From Chloroflexota bacterium (GTDB lineage: Bacteria; Chloroflexota; UBA11872; VXOZ01), in NCBI GenBank assembly GCA_964291655.2, contig OZ219801.1:766012-830011 (forward strand): a DNA stretch of 64,000 bases, read 5' to 3'. Of this stretch, positions 19,844 through 29,609 are shown piece after piece. The first letter of the stretch is position 1. Each line of letters opens with the position of its first letter. The position numbers and the translations under genes were made by a program. Under the pieces are notes generated by a model. That model saw nothing but the letters and a program-made list of their open reading frames with translations. It did not search any database and was not told the DNA's origin.

Positions 19844-20476
19844 ATGCCAATTGACCATGGATCAGTGGACCCGGTTGCAAAGCTCGTCGACTCAATTGAC
19901 GGTTCATTTGGTACGATACTTGCTGACCCTCCCTGGAGATTCAATAACCGCACAGGCAGAGTAGCTCCAGAATATCGCCGCCTCCCTCGCTATTCGTCAA
20001 TGTCCATCCATGAGATTTTGACTCTTCCCGTACGTGAGTTTGCACTTGAAAACTGCCATCTATATCTGTGGGTTCCAAATGCTCTAATACAACAGGGCTT
20101 GTCTGTCATGGAACAATGGGGTTTCCAATACAAAACAAACATCGTCTGGTATAAGACTCGTAAAGATGGCGGGCCAGACGGACGCGGAGTTGGCTTCTAT
20201 TTTAGAAATGTCACTGAATTGGTTCTCTTTGGAGTTCGTGGGAACATACGTACACTGGAGCCAGGCAGGAGACAGGTCAACATCGTAATGAGTCAAAAAC
20301 GTGAACACTCCCGAAAGCCAGACGAACTATACGACATAATTGAGCAGTGCAGTCCCGGCCCTTACCTAGAATTGTTCGCACGACACGCTCGGCCAGGATG
20401 GGTTCAATGGGGAAACGAGGTTAGCCACAGGTTAGCGACACTAGACAAGAGTGCCAACTCATCGAATAGCACCTAA
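19844..20476 (+). CDS. MT-A70-family adenine methyltransferase
   Basis: ILADPPW, HLYLWVPN, WGFQYKTNIVWYK, GFYFRNVTE, REHSRKPD, LELFAR, WGNE. Confidence 0.9.
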   Translation: MPIDHGSVDPVAKLVDSIDGSFGTILADPPWRFNNRTGRVAPEYRRLPRYSSMSIHEILTLPVREFALENCHLYLWVPNALIQQGLSVMEQWGFQYKTNIVWYKTRKDGGPDGRGVGFYFRNVTELVLFGVRGNIRTLEPGRRQVNIVMSQKREHSRKPDELYDIIEQCSPGPYLELFARHARPGWVQWGNEVSHRLATLDKSANSSNST

Positions 20477-20518
20477 GCTGTCAATTATGCTGATGCGAAT
20501 ACCTTAGACTTTCGTCGT

Positions 20519-22828
20519 ATGCGCTCCCGGCAGGTCATCATGGAAAGAGTTAACAAGCGAGGAGAGGTCACTGGTTTCGTCTCCGGAACCGACCTTGAAC
20601 GAGAGCGGAGGCAACGCCGCAAGGCTGCCCACGAGAAGACCGTACCATTGGGTCAAGTTTCGAATTATGCTGATGATGGTTGGGAGATTGTCCGGCGCAA
20701 CAAGAGAACCGCTCGAGTCCAAAAGGCAAAGCCCGAAGACCAAAGACTTGAAGACGATGTTTGGACTTTGCTTGCAGACATGGGATTTTGCGAGATCAGC
20801 CAAGGACGTCATTTCAAAATTCCTGTTAGCGGTTCGACTTTAGGAGTTCCTCCCAAGCAAATCGATGTGCTTGCAGTTGATAGTGACACTGCAATGGTGG
20901 TGGAGTGTAAGGCCTCGGATACAATTAGGTCGCGCTCTCTCCAAAAGGACCTAAATGAAACTCGAGGGTTGCAGGATGGGATTCGTTCTACCATTCACCG
21001 CCATTTCGAAGCACATCTAAGAGTGTGTTTTGTTTACGTTACAAGGAACATTCGTTGGAGTAGCCAAGATTTAGGACGAGCCAAAGACCATCAAATTGCC
21101 GTGATTCGAGATAGGCAAATCGACTACTACCGAAGGCTGACAGACATTATTCAGACAGCTGCAAGGCACCAGTTTCAGGCAGACCTTCTTGAGGGATCTT
21201 CCGTTCGAGGTTTGAGCGCTACAGTACCAGCCCTTCGTGGCAAGTTTGGAAAGAATGTCTTCTATCAGTTTGCGATTGAGCCCGATAAATTGCTGAAACT
21301 TGCTTATGTTAGCCACCGATCTAAGGTTGACAGCAAGGTTATAGGTACGTACCAACGGCTTCTAAGGAAAAAGCGGCTCAAGGATATCTCCAACTACATC
21401 AATGAAACAGGTGGTATTTTTCCCACTAACATCGTTATCAACATTAGAGATTCTAGACGACTGAGATTCGACGCTGCAGGGCCATCTAGCGACGCGCCTA
21501 CTGTACTCGGTACGCTATACCTGCCAAACACCTACAAGTGTGCATGGGTCATTGACGGACAACATCGGCTGTACGGATTTTCTCAGAGTGAATGGAGTAG
21601 CCGAGGTAGAATACCTGTACTTGCCTTCGAGAACTTGGACCCATTGGATGAGATGAAGATGTTTGTAGACATCAATAGCAAGCAAGTAAGAGTTCCTCGT
21701 AGCTTGCTGGTCGAACTAGGTCCGGAGCTACCTGCGTCAAATGTTGGTCCAGAGCAGGAACTCAAAAACTTGCACGCGCAACTTGCAATAGATATTTCAG
21801 AGAGTGACAATTCGCCTTTGTGGGATCGTGTCCGGACAGAGTGGGACACAGACACTGAGAACAAGCCAATTACGCTCCCGCAACTGGAGAGCGCGATAAA
21901 AGGCAGTAGGTTGATCGGCTCAATCCGAAGCGGCGCGCTTTACCCTGAATTCCTCTATCGGAGCGACACGGAAACTACTCGTGAAAGAGCCAAACTGACC
22001 ATAGAGGGATTCCTTTCTTTGTTTGCAGAGGGTGCAGAAGAACACTGGAATCTAAAGCCATCTGCTGGAGGATTCCTGTGTACCAACCTTGGGATTGCTG
22101 CATTGTTGAGGTTGTTCTATGCAGCACTGGAAGACAAGAAGAAACAGGAAGATCATATCGAATTTGAAAAGCTCTCTCCCGATGCGTTGGTTGGGACCGT
22201 AACAGACTTGGTCACTCCTGTTATTGGCTGGTTCAGTAACCCAGAAGCGAATACCGATAGGTTTAGAGGACACTATGGAAGTGGCGCTGCGCCCGCATAC
22301 GCATTTGCACTGATGGAAATTGTCAATAGTAGATACGCTGATTTCAATCCCCCTGGTCTGCAAGATTATGTTCAGGAACACAGTACCGAGACAATAGGGC
22401 GTGCAAGGGAATTGATAACGTTTATCGAGGATAGTATCAGAGACGTGACGTTTGAGGTTCTAAAGTCTAAGTATGGGGATGACGACAACAGTTGGTGGCG
22501 CGAAGGTGTTCCCCAGAGTGTCCGAGGAACTGCCGCGCAGAGAGCAGAGATGAGTGAAGAAGTGGGAGAAAGACATCAATTCCTAGACCTTTTGGATTAC
22601 AAGAAGATAGCGGAACAATCGAAGAACTGGCGCGATTTTGAATCAAAGTGGACCATTGATGGGGATGCCCGCACTAAGAACGACAAGCTCGCTTGGATGG
22701 ATCGACTAAATAGAATACGCAATCGCTTGTTCCATTCAGGTAGGCGACATATCACAAACGAAGAGGTCGTGTTTCTTGAAAACGTCTGGGTTCATGTGGA
22801 AGAGCAGTTGGAAGCTCTGCAAAAATAG
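20519..22828 (+). CDS. PD-(D/E)xK nuclease + DGQHR (DndB-like) + Swt1-like HEPN multidomain protein
   Basis: E..QIDVLAVD...VVECK; YQR, FPTNIVIN, VIDGQHRLYG, FVDINSKQ; WWREGVP...LDLLDYKKI...NW and R-x4-H in RNRLFH. Confidence 0.8.
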   Translation: MRSRQVIMERVNKRGEVTGFVSGTDLERERRQRRKAAHEKTVPLGQVSNYADDGWEIVRRNKRTARVQKAKPEDQRLEDDVWTLLADMGFCEISQGRHFKIPVSGSTLGVPPKQIDVLAVDSDTAMVVECKASDTIRSRSLQKDLNETRGLQDGIRSTIHRHFEAHLRVCFVYVTRNIRWSSQDLGRAKDHQIAVIRDRQIDYYRRLTDIIQTAARHQFQADLLEGSSVRGLSATVPALRGKFGKNVFYQFAIEPDKLLKLAYVSHRSKVDSKVIGTYQRLLRKKRLKDISNYINETGGIFPTNIVINIRDSRRLRFDAAGPSSDAPTVLGTLYLPNTYKCAWVIDGQHRLYGFSQSEWSSRGRIPVLAFENLDPLDEMKMFVDINSKQVRVPRSLLVELGPELPASNVGPEQELKNLHAQLAIDISESDNSPLWDRVRTEWDTDTENKPITLPQLESAIKGSRLIGSIRSGALYPEFLYRSDTETTRERAKLTIEGFLSLFAEGAEEHWNLKPSAGGFLCTNLGIAALLRLFYAALEDKKKQEDHIEFEKLSPDALVGTVTDLVTPVIGWFSNPEANTDRFRGHYGSGAAPAYAFALMEIVNSRYADFNPPGLQDYVQEHSTETIGRARELITFIEDSIRDVTFEVLKSKYGDDDNSWWREGVPQSVRGTAAQRAEMSEEVGERHQFLDLLDYKKIAEQSKNWRDFESKWTIDGDARTKNDKLAWMDRLNRIRNRLFHSGRRHITNEEVVFLENVWVHVEEQLEALQK

Positions 22829-23061
22829 CTTGCTCCCTTGTACTTTATTTCAGCATCTATTGCGAGAGTAAGAAAACAGAGATAAGGCAATACTCGGTTG
22901 ACTTTGCAAAGTCAGATTTACAGCAGTTATCTCCTGGAGTCACTTGGCGGCTATGCGCGTACTTCCCTGTGTTTTCGTGGCCAACGTGCCTAGGGGTAAG
23001 AGGCTAGTTCCTTTGGGCTTGCCAGACGACTCATACGCGCACTAAAGAGGTATAGGCTACC

Positions 23062-24237
23062 GTGCTACGCGTACTGAAGATCCTCACCGCCGGTGAATCG
23101 CATGGGCAGGCGCTCCTGACCATCGTGGAAGGCATGCCGTCCGGACTACCCATCTCGTCGGAGGAGATTGGCCGCCACATGACCCGCCGCCAGCAAGGGC
23201 ACGGGCGCGGCCGCCGCCAGCAAATTGAAAAAGACGCCGCGGAGATTCTTTCCGGCGTGCGCCACGGCAAGAGTATCGGCAGTCCCATTGCCATGTTGGT
23301 CAACAACAAGGACTGGGACAATTGGCAGGAGATCATGGCGGTTGAGCCGGTGGAGACGCCGGTCAAGAAGGTCACACACCTGCGGCCCGGTCATGCCGAT
23401 CTCGTCGGCGTATTCAAGTATGGCTTCGATGACATTCGTCCCATTCTCGAACGGTCGAGCGCCCGCGAAACTGCAGCCCGACTCGCCGCCTCCGGCGTGT
23501 GTCGCGCCCTCCTAAGTCATTTTGGCATCAAGATCGCGAGTTACGTCTCGGTGCTTGGACCGATTGAAATCGACGGCGCCTATGAGGTGACGCAGCATCC
23601 CGATTCCGTAGACTGGGACGCGTTGGAAGAAGACCCGCTGCGCTGCCCGGATCCCGAGGCAAGCCGCCAGATGGTGACGCTCATTGACCAAATGAAGGAG
23701 GCAGGCGACAGCCTGGGCGGCGTCTACAACGTCGTTGCCTGGGGTCTGCCGGTCGGATTGGGCAGCCACGTCTTTTGGGACCGCCGTCTGGACTCGCGAC
23801 TGGCGGCGGCAATTCTGTCTATCAACGCCACCAAAGGGGTTGAATTCGGTGCAGCGTTTGAAAACGCGCGCAAGCAGGGCTCCGAGGTGCAAGACCAAAT
23901 TCGCTTCGAAAAGGGCCGGGGCTTTTCCCGCTTGAGCAATCGCGCGGGCGGTCTGGAAGCAGGCATCAGCAACGGGGAGCCGCTCCTCGTGCGCGGGGCG
24001 CTGAAACCAATTTCCACTATCAGGAGCCCGTTGCCTTCCGTGGACTTAACAACTCTGGAGCCGGCTCAGGCCCATTACGAACGCGCTGACACCACCGCCG
24101 TGCCTGCCGCCGGGGTCATTGGCGAGGCGATGGTGGCAATTGTCTTGGCCGATGCGTTTCTGGAGAAATTCGGCGGCGACAGCCTGGCGGAGATCGAACA
24201 CAACTATCACGGATACATGGAAGGGCTGCCACAATAG
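23062..24237 (+). CDS. aroC: Chorismate synthase
   Basis: TAGESHG, RPGHAD, LERSSARETA, NRAGGLEAGISNG, KPISTI, ERAD. Confidence 0.97.
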   Translation: MLRVLKILTAGESHGQALLTIVEGMPSGLPISSEEIGRHMTRRQQGHGRGRRQQIEKDAAEILSGVRHGKSIGSPIAMLVNNKDWDNWQEIMAVEPVETPVKKVTHLRPGHADLVGVFKYGFDDIRPILERSSARETAARLAASGVCRALLSHFGIKIASYVSVLGPIEIDGAYEVTQHPDSVDWDALEEDPLRCPDPEASRQMVTLIDQMKEAGDSLGGVYNVVAWGLPVGLGSHVFWDRRLDSRLAAAILSINATKGVEFGAAFENARKQGSEVQDQIRFEKGRGFSRLSNRAGGLEAGISNGEPLLVRGALKPISTIRSPLPSVDLTTLEPAQAHYERADTTAVPAAGVIGEAMVAIVLADAFLEKFGGDSLAEIEHNYHGYMEGLPQ

Positions 24238-24755
24238 AGAGCGTAGTACTCATCGGCCTCTCGGGCACGGGCAAATCTTCCGTAGGCAGAATCCTGGCAC
24301 GCAGGCTGGGGTGGCGGTTCGTTGACACCGACAACGAGATCGAGCGGCAGGAAAAGCAGCGGATTACCCAGATCTTTCAGGACAAGGGCGAAGTTCACTT
24401 CCGCTCGGTCGAGCAGCGCATCGTGCGGGAAATCTGCGCCCAGCGGAACCAGGTCGTCAGCACCGGCGGCGGGGCTGTACTCGATCCGGATAACCGTGCC
24501 GCGATGCGGCAGCAAAACCTCGTAATCTGGCTCCGCGCGACACCGGAAACCATCTTCAACCGCCTGAAGTGGAGCGTGCACACGCGCCCCTTGCTCAAAG
24601 CCCCCGACCCACTTGCCAAGATTCGCGCAATGGCAGAAGAGAGACACCAGCAGTACAGCGATGCGTGCCACGTGTCGGTACACACGGATGATAAGAGCCA
24701 TGAGGCGGCGGCGGACCTTCTCTGGCAACAGGTGGAACCATGGAAGAAGCGCTGA
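24234..24755 (+). CDS. aroK: Shikimate kinase (apparent ATA start; the ORF track shows only its 3' part from 24423)
   Basis: In-frame upstream translation gives IESVVLIGLSGTGKSSVGRILARRLGWRFVDTD..GEVHFR..STGGG..RPLL. Confidence 0.9.
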   Translation: MESVVLIGLSGTGKSSVGRILARRLGWRFVDTDNEIERQEKQRITQIFQDKGEVHFRSVEQRIVREICAQRNQVVSTGGGAVLDPDNRAAMRQQNLVIWLRATPETIFNRLKWSVHTRPLLKAPDPLAKIRAMAEERHQQYSDACHVSVHTDDKSHEAAADLLWQQVEPWKKR

Positions 24756-25789
24756 TCGGCCGCGACATCTTGCCGGAGCTGTCAGATGCCTTGGCACGCC
24801 ACGGCATTGACGGCAGACTTTTCATTGTTGCCGACGAGCGCGTAGCTGAGCGAACGCACAACCGGCTGGCAGAGACGCTCGCGAACAACGACCATACAGT
24901 CTCCTCCTACCTCGTGCCCTCCGGCGAGGAGAGCAAGAGTCTGCGCCATGCTGAGCGCATCTACCATTGGCTTGCGGAACACCGGGCGGAACGCAAGGAA
25001 GTCATCCTGGCCTTCGGGGGCGGTGTCGTCGGCGACCTGGCCGGCTTCGTGGCCGCCACCTACCTGCGAGGTATGCCCTATGTACAGGTCCCAACGACTC
25101 TTGTAGCGCAAATCGACAGCAGCATCGGCGGCAAGGTGGCCGTCGACTTGCCGGAAGGCAAGAACCTCGTTGGCGCTTTCTACCCCTCGTTGATTACGTG
25201 CATTGACATTCGCTTCTTGGAAACGCTCTCCCAACGCGATCTGCTGGCCGGCTGGGCGGAAGTCCTCAAGACGGCGCTGCTCTTCGACCCGCCGCTTTTT
25301 GCCGAGATCGCCAGCCGCGGTCCCGCCGATCTCACGCCTGAATTCCTCCTCGAGGTCGTGCCGCGCTGCGTGCGGTGGAAGCAAAAGGTAGTAGCAGAAG
25401 ACCCCAAAGAACAGGGCATCCGCGCCCTTCTCAACTACGGACACACCATCGGTCACGCTCTGGAAGCCGCTACCGGCTACCAGACGTATCTTCACGGTCA
25501 AGCTGTCGCCATCGGCATGCACGGCGCGGCACGCATCGCCCGTCACCTGGGCGTGCTCGGAGAAGAGGCGTTTGCACAGCAGCAGGCCGTCATCGCGCAA
25601 TACAACCTGCCACTCCAATACGCCGACACAGACCCCGCCGCTATCCACGACGCGATCGCCCTCGATAAGAAGAACCGCCAGGGCAAGGTGCGCTGGATCC
25701 TCTTGGAAGACATCGGCACGCCGCGTATTGAGAGCGACGTACCGCAGACGCTGGTACGTCAAGTCATACACGAACTACAGGCAAGCTAA
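24740..25789 (+). CDS. aroB: 3-dehydroquinate synthase
   Basis: GEESKS, FGGGVVGDLAGF, VPTTLVAQIDSSIGGK, KNLVGAFY, LNYGHTIGHALE, HGQAVAIG, DKK. Confidence 0.96.
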   Translation: MEEALIGRDILPELSDALARHGIDGRLFIVADERVAERTHNRLAETLANNDHTVSSYLVPSGEESKSLRHAERIYHWLAEHRAERKEVILAFGGGVVGDLAGFVAATYLRGMPYVQVPTTLVAQIDSSIGGKVAVDLPEGKNLVGAFYPSLITCIDIRFLETLSQRDLLAGWAEVLKTALLFDPPLFAEIASRGPADLTPEFLLEVVPRCVRWKQKVVAEDPKEQGIRALLNYGHTIGHALEAATGYQTYLHGQAVAIGMHGAARIARHLGVLGEEAFAQQQAVIAQYNLPLQYADTDPAAIHDAIALDKKNRQGKVRWILLEDIGTPRIESDVPQTLVRQVIHELQAS

Positions 25790-25852
25790 TGCACTTTGTC
25801 GAGTAGCTCGGCTGTAATAGTCCAAGCCGAGCGGTGAAGTCGGTAATTTCAT

Positions 25853-25935
25853 CCGTCATCCCCGCGCACCCGGGTATCCATCCGCCTCTTCACGCTGCAA
25901 CTCTCTTGTGGGCGGAGGACAAGCCCCCGCGCTAC
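25853..25935. repeat. Family-D (CGTC-tagged) palindrome next to a family-A GTAG REP
   Basis: ccgtcatccccgcgcacccgggtatcca (25853-25880) and gcggaggacaagcccccgcgctac (25912-25935). Confidence 0.75.
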
Positions 25936-26174
25936 AAGGAACGGAGCAAGTCAAACCGTAATTCCCGGGCACGTGGTAACCCATTCTTCCCGGCCAATTG
26001 AGTTCTCCGCAGGCGGCGGAAAATCCCCGCGACACACTCCAGACAACACCGGCGCGGCTGGTTTGCCTTCAAAGGGCCGCTTCGCTCACAGACCAGTCGA
26101 AGCACAATGTCTGCCTCTAGCTGCTAACATGTATAGAGTGATTCTCGTTCAATCTTTGTACCCAGAGGAAATCA

Positions 26175-26510
26175 ATGGCACAATTCATCTTCTTCTATCG
26201 CGCGACGCCGGAAGCAATGCAGCGGATGGGGAGCGCGACGCCTGAACAGCAGCAAGCGCACATGGGTAAGTGGCAGGCGTGGACGGAAAGCAATGCGGAG
26301 TCGCTGCTGAATGCAGGAACACCGTTCAGCGGCGGGCAGGTCCTGACCGGCAGTGGGAGTTCTGACGTAGACGGGACCATGATGGGCTACGCGATCTTGC
26401 AGGCAGAGGACATGGAGGCCGCCCAGGCTATTCTCAATACCGATCCCTTCCTCGACCAAGGCGAGGGATGCTCCATTGAGGTCTACGAGTGTATGTCCAT
26501 GCCGGGGTAA
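26175..26510 (+). CDS. YciI/YCII-related small protein
   Basis: FIFFYR...WQAW...GTPF...GYAILQAEDMEAA...PFL...SIEVYE. Confidence 0.75.
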   Translation: MAQFIFFYRATPEAMQRMGSATPEQQQAHMGKWQAWTESNAESLLNAGTPFSGGQVLTGSGSSDVDGTMMGYAILQAEDMEAAQAILNTDPFLDQGEGCSIEVYECMSMPG

Positions 26511-26576
26511 GATGTACGGCTGCGTTGCCTTGGCCGATTGCCATCGTATCGTAGCCGCAGGAGAAGAGAGAGCTCT

Positions 26577-27557
26577 ATGGAGTACCGCCAGCTTGGCACT
26601 ACCGGCGTGCGGGTATCCGCAATCGCCTACGGCACGTTCCCGCTCGGCACCTATACCGATACGGCTGCGGGAGTGCGGATGATCCACACCGCCATGGACC
26701 GCGGTATGAACTTCATCGATACAGCCAACGTCTATTTTAAGGGCCGCTCGGAAGAAATCGTCGGTGAGGCGTTGAAAGGACGGCGCCATGAGGTCGTCCT
26801 CGCCAGCAAGTTTGGCCACCCGATGGGAGAGGGCCCCAACGAACGCGGCGCCTCACGATACCACATCAATCGCGAGATTGATGGTTCGCTGCGACGCCTA
26901 CAGACCGACTGCATCGACGTCTATTACATCCACATCCCGGACCCCACCACGCCACTGGAAGAGACTCTCCGCGCAATGGACGACCTGGTGCGTCAAGGTA
27001 AAGTGCGCTATCTCGGCACCTCTCACTTTGCCGCCTGGCAGATTGTGGACGGCCTCCGGCTCGCGGATTGCAACCGACTGACACCCTGGGTGGTGGAACA
27101 GCCGCGGTACTGTTTGATTGACCGAGCTATCGAACAAGAAGTGGTGCCGATGGCGCAGGACTTGGGCATCGGCATCGTGGCGCACAGCCCGCTCGGCGGC
27201 GGCTTCCTCACCGGCAAATACAAGCCTGGCGAACCCCCACCGCCGGACTCCCGCTTTGCCTCCCATCCCGGCGGCATAACTTCCCTGCCGCAACACTACG
27301 ATCTGATGATGACCGAGCCGAATGTGGCCGTGGTAGACACCGTGCGCGCCCTTGCGCGTGAGCACGACACAACGCCCAGCGCCATTGCCTTGGCGTGGGT
27401 GGTGGCGCAGCCGTTCGTCTCATCAGCCATCATCGGCCCCAAGAATCCTTTCCAGCTCGCGGATAATCTCGCAGCCGCAGACGTCACACTCACGCCGGAA
27501 GACTTGGCGCGCCTCGACGCGGTCTCTGCATTCGCCCGCGGTCTCATACGCACCTGA
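26577..27557 (+). CDS. Aldo/keto reductase
   Basis: MEYRQLGTTG, FIDTANVY, ASKF, SLRRLQTDCID, GKVRYLGTS, HSPLGGGFLTGKY. Confidence 0.93.
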   Translation: MEYRQLGTTGVRVSAIAYGTFPLGTYTDTAAGVRMIHTAMDRGMNFIDTANVYFKGRSEEIVGEALKGRRHEVVLASKFGHPMGEGPNERGASRYHINREIDGSLRRLQTDCIDVYYIHIPDPTTPLEETLRAMDDLVRQGKVRYLGTSHFAAWQIVDGLRLADCNRLTPWVVEQPRYCLIDRAIEQEVVPMAQDLGIGIVAHSPLGGGFLTGKYKPGEPPPPDSRFASHPGGITSLPQHYDLMMTEPNVAVVDTVRALAREHDTTPSAIALAWVVAQPFVSSAIIGPKNPFQLADNLAAADVTLTPEDLARLDAVSAFARGLIRT

Positions 27558-27766
27558 GTGCCGGCCGACCCTCACGTACGGACGCCGCCCTCCCCTTCCA
27601 CTCTTGCTTCGGCACATTGCGCGATGCGTTCCCTCTCCGCCTGCACCAGTGCCTCTTGCTCGGCGCCGACACAGAATCCCCAGCCGCGACTCGCTTCTCA
27701 TGCAACCGCCGCCCTTGCCAATTCACGCCGGGGGGAATACTAAGCAGGGCCCGCATGTTTGTCGGT

Positions 27767-28693
27767 TCACGGGCGGCCAAAGGCGTCGGCAAAGAACGCG
27801 GCGACGCGCTCAGCGTATGGTTCGCGCAGTCCTTCGTGGGCACGGCCGTGATTTGCTTCCGGGATAATCCAGATCTCCTTCGGTCCTTCAGCAGCGAGAT
27901 AGAGTTGGTACGCATCCTGCACGTACACGACGTCATCTTCCGTACCGTGGATGATCAATAGGGGACACGGCGCACACCGCTTGATGTAGTCTAATGGCCG
28001 CACCATGCCAAGCACGTGATCGAGCTTTTCACCCACAAACCGGCTCGAGAACCAGATCGTAGGCGTGCGGAAAATAGAGGGAGGCAGATTGGCGATCCTC
28101 CTGAAACCGTGGTCGATTGCTCCTCTGAGCGTCGCGAACGCGCTATCGGTCACGATGGCGCGGACACCCAACCCGTCCTCTATCGTGAGCAGCGCCGTCG
28201 CGCCGCCCATTGACACACCGTACACGCCGATGCGGTTTGGGTCCACGTCGCTGCGCGAGCGGAGATAGTTTAGCGCTCCTAGGACATCCTGACGTTCTCG
28301 CAGCCCTAGGGTCGTCACATCGCCCTCACTCGACCCATGGCCGCGAAAGTCGAACAACAGGCACTGGAGGTTGCGGGCGTAAAGATCGTAGGCGAGATGC
28401 ACCAGGCCGAAGTGGTTCACGCCGAAGCCATGCAGCAACATCACGGTGCCAACCGGTTGCGGATGGCGCAAGAACCAGCCGGCCAGCCGCGTGCCGTCAG
28501 TGGCGGGAAATGCCAATGGCTCCAGCGCGGGCTCCGGTGGGGGAAGTTCTACTGGCCGCCAACTTCGGTCTGGGTGAACAAGGGTATACCCCGTGCGCAC
28601 GGAAATCACCAGCACCACGCCAACCGCGCCAATTAAAGCCAAGCCGGCGAGCACGATGATCTGCACATACAGACCGGATAGCGCTTGAACCAC
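27767..28693 (-). CDS. Membrane-anchored alpha/beta hydrolase
   Basis: N-terminal TM, LHGF, DFRGHGSSEG, GVSMGG nucleophile, IHGTEDD, NH. Confidence 0.9.
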   Translation of the reverse strand: MVQALSGLYVQIIVLAGLALIGAVGVVLVISVRTGYTLVHPDRSWRPVELPPPEPALEPLAFPATDGTRLAGWFLRHPQPVGTVMLLHGFGVNHFGLVHLAYDLYARNLQCLLFDFRGHGSSEGDVTTLGLRERQDVLGALNYLRSRSDVDPNRIGVYGVSMGGATALLTIEDGLGVRAIVTDSAFATLRGAIDHGFRRIANLPPSIFRTPTIWFSSRFVGEKLDHVLGMVRPLDYIKRCAPCPLLIIHGTEDDVVYVQDAYQLYLAAEGPKEIWIIPEANHGRAHEGLREPYAERVAAFFADAFGRP

Positions 28694-28940
28694 GCTCTTC
28701 CACCTTCTCCATGACCACGCCTTTCGTTAATCGTAGCAGTGTCACTGCGCTGCCGCAGAAGTCGGCTGCATCGCCTCGCTGCGCCTGTAGACACACAAAG
28801 GGCGGAACGGGGTGCTAATGCGGTTCCTCATAGGCGGCACGTCCGCGGTCTAACCGGCCGTAAAAGCAGTACAAGCGCGCTAAGATGAGAAAGCATCAAC
28901 TCGCGGCAATCATCATCGGACTGCCCTCTTTAACCCCAAA

Positions 28941-29498
28941 AGAGTGTGCGAAGCTCTCGATCAAACTCTCCGTTCATGGTTCGTCAAGGGCTTTGCGAAG
29001 CCCACTCACCACGAATGGATAGTTGCTTTTCCGACGAATTTGGATACTACCCGGTTCGTCCTGAGCCTGTCGAAGGATGAACGAGTCGTCCTAAGCCCGT
29101 CGAAGCATGAACGAACACCCTATTCACACACCTTCTAAGCAAACACTGCGGCGCACCCAGATGTCAGCCGGCTAAGTCAGCAAGTCCCGAATCGCACCGC
29201 AGCGAGGGTCAATCGTTGCCATGTGATGACCCAATGCGCTCCGCAGGTCGCCGCCTGAAGTTTTCTCATATCCTTTCCGGTGGAGCTGCGTCCGAGAGGT
29301 CTGTTAACTTTCTCCTTACTAGAACTTGCCTCATAGATACATTGCTCTGCTAAACTTGCCCTTCGACAGGCTCAGAGCTTGCCCCGTACTTGATACGGGG
29401 GCAAACGGAAGAGACAAGAGTCCGTTCGTGCTTCGACAAGGACTTCGCGCAGCACTCAGCACGAATCGGCTATTGAACCGATTCATGAGATAGCTTCT
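28941..29498. repeat. Cluster of family-B palindromes, several with nested hairpins, in MITE-like arrangements
   Basis: Copies at 28970-29018, 29051-29113, 29356-29408 and 29422-29469. Confidence 0.75.
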
Positions 29499-29609
29499 CG
29501 TGCGAACGCGAGCGCTATTCTAGCACCGAATGCTCAGCTTGAGTCACAATAGCAGCGAGCTATTCGTCCCTCAGGCCAGCAGGCATTGCATGAAATGGAT
29601 TGATCTGGC

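Noticed and set aside
20519-22828. Dnd phosphorothioation system
   Set aside because: Only a DGQHR domain is present; no dndA/C/D/E or ssp genes, and the sulfur-relay genes nearby are host-like and on the other strand
28800-28940. Possible structured ncRNA upstream of the hydrolase
   Set aside because: No recognisable tmRNA, RNase P, SRP or riboswitch signature
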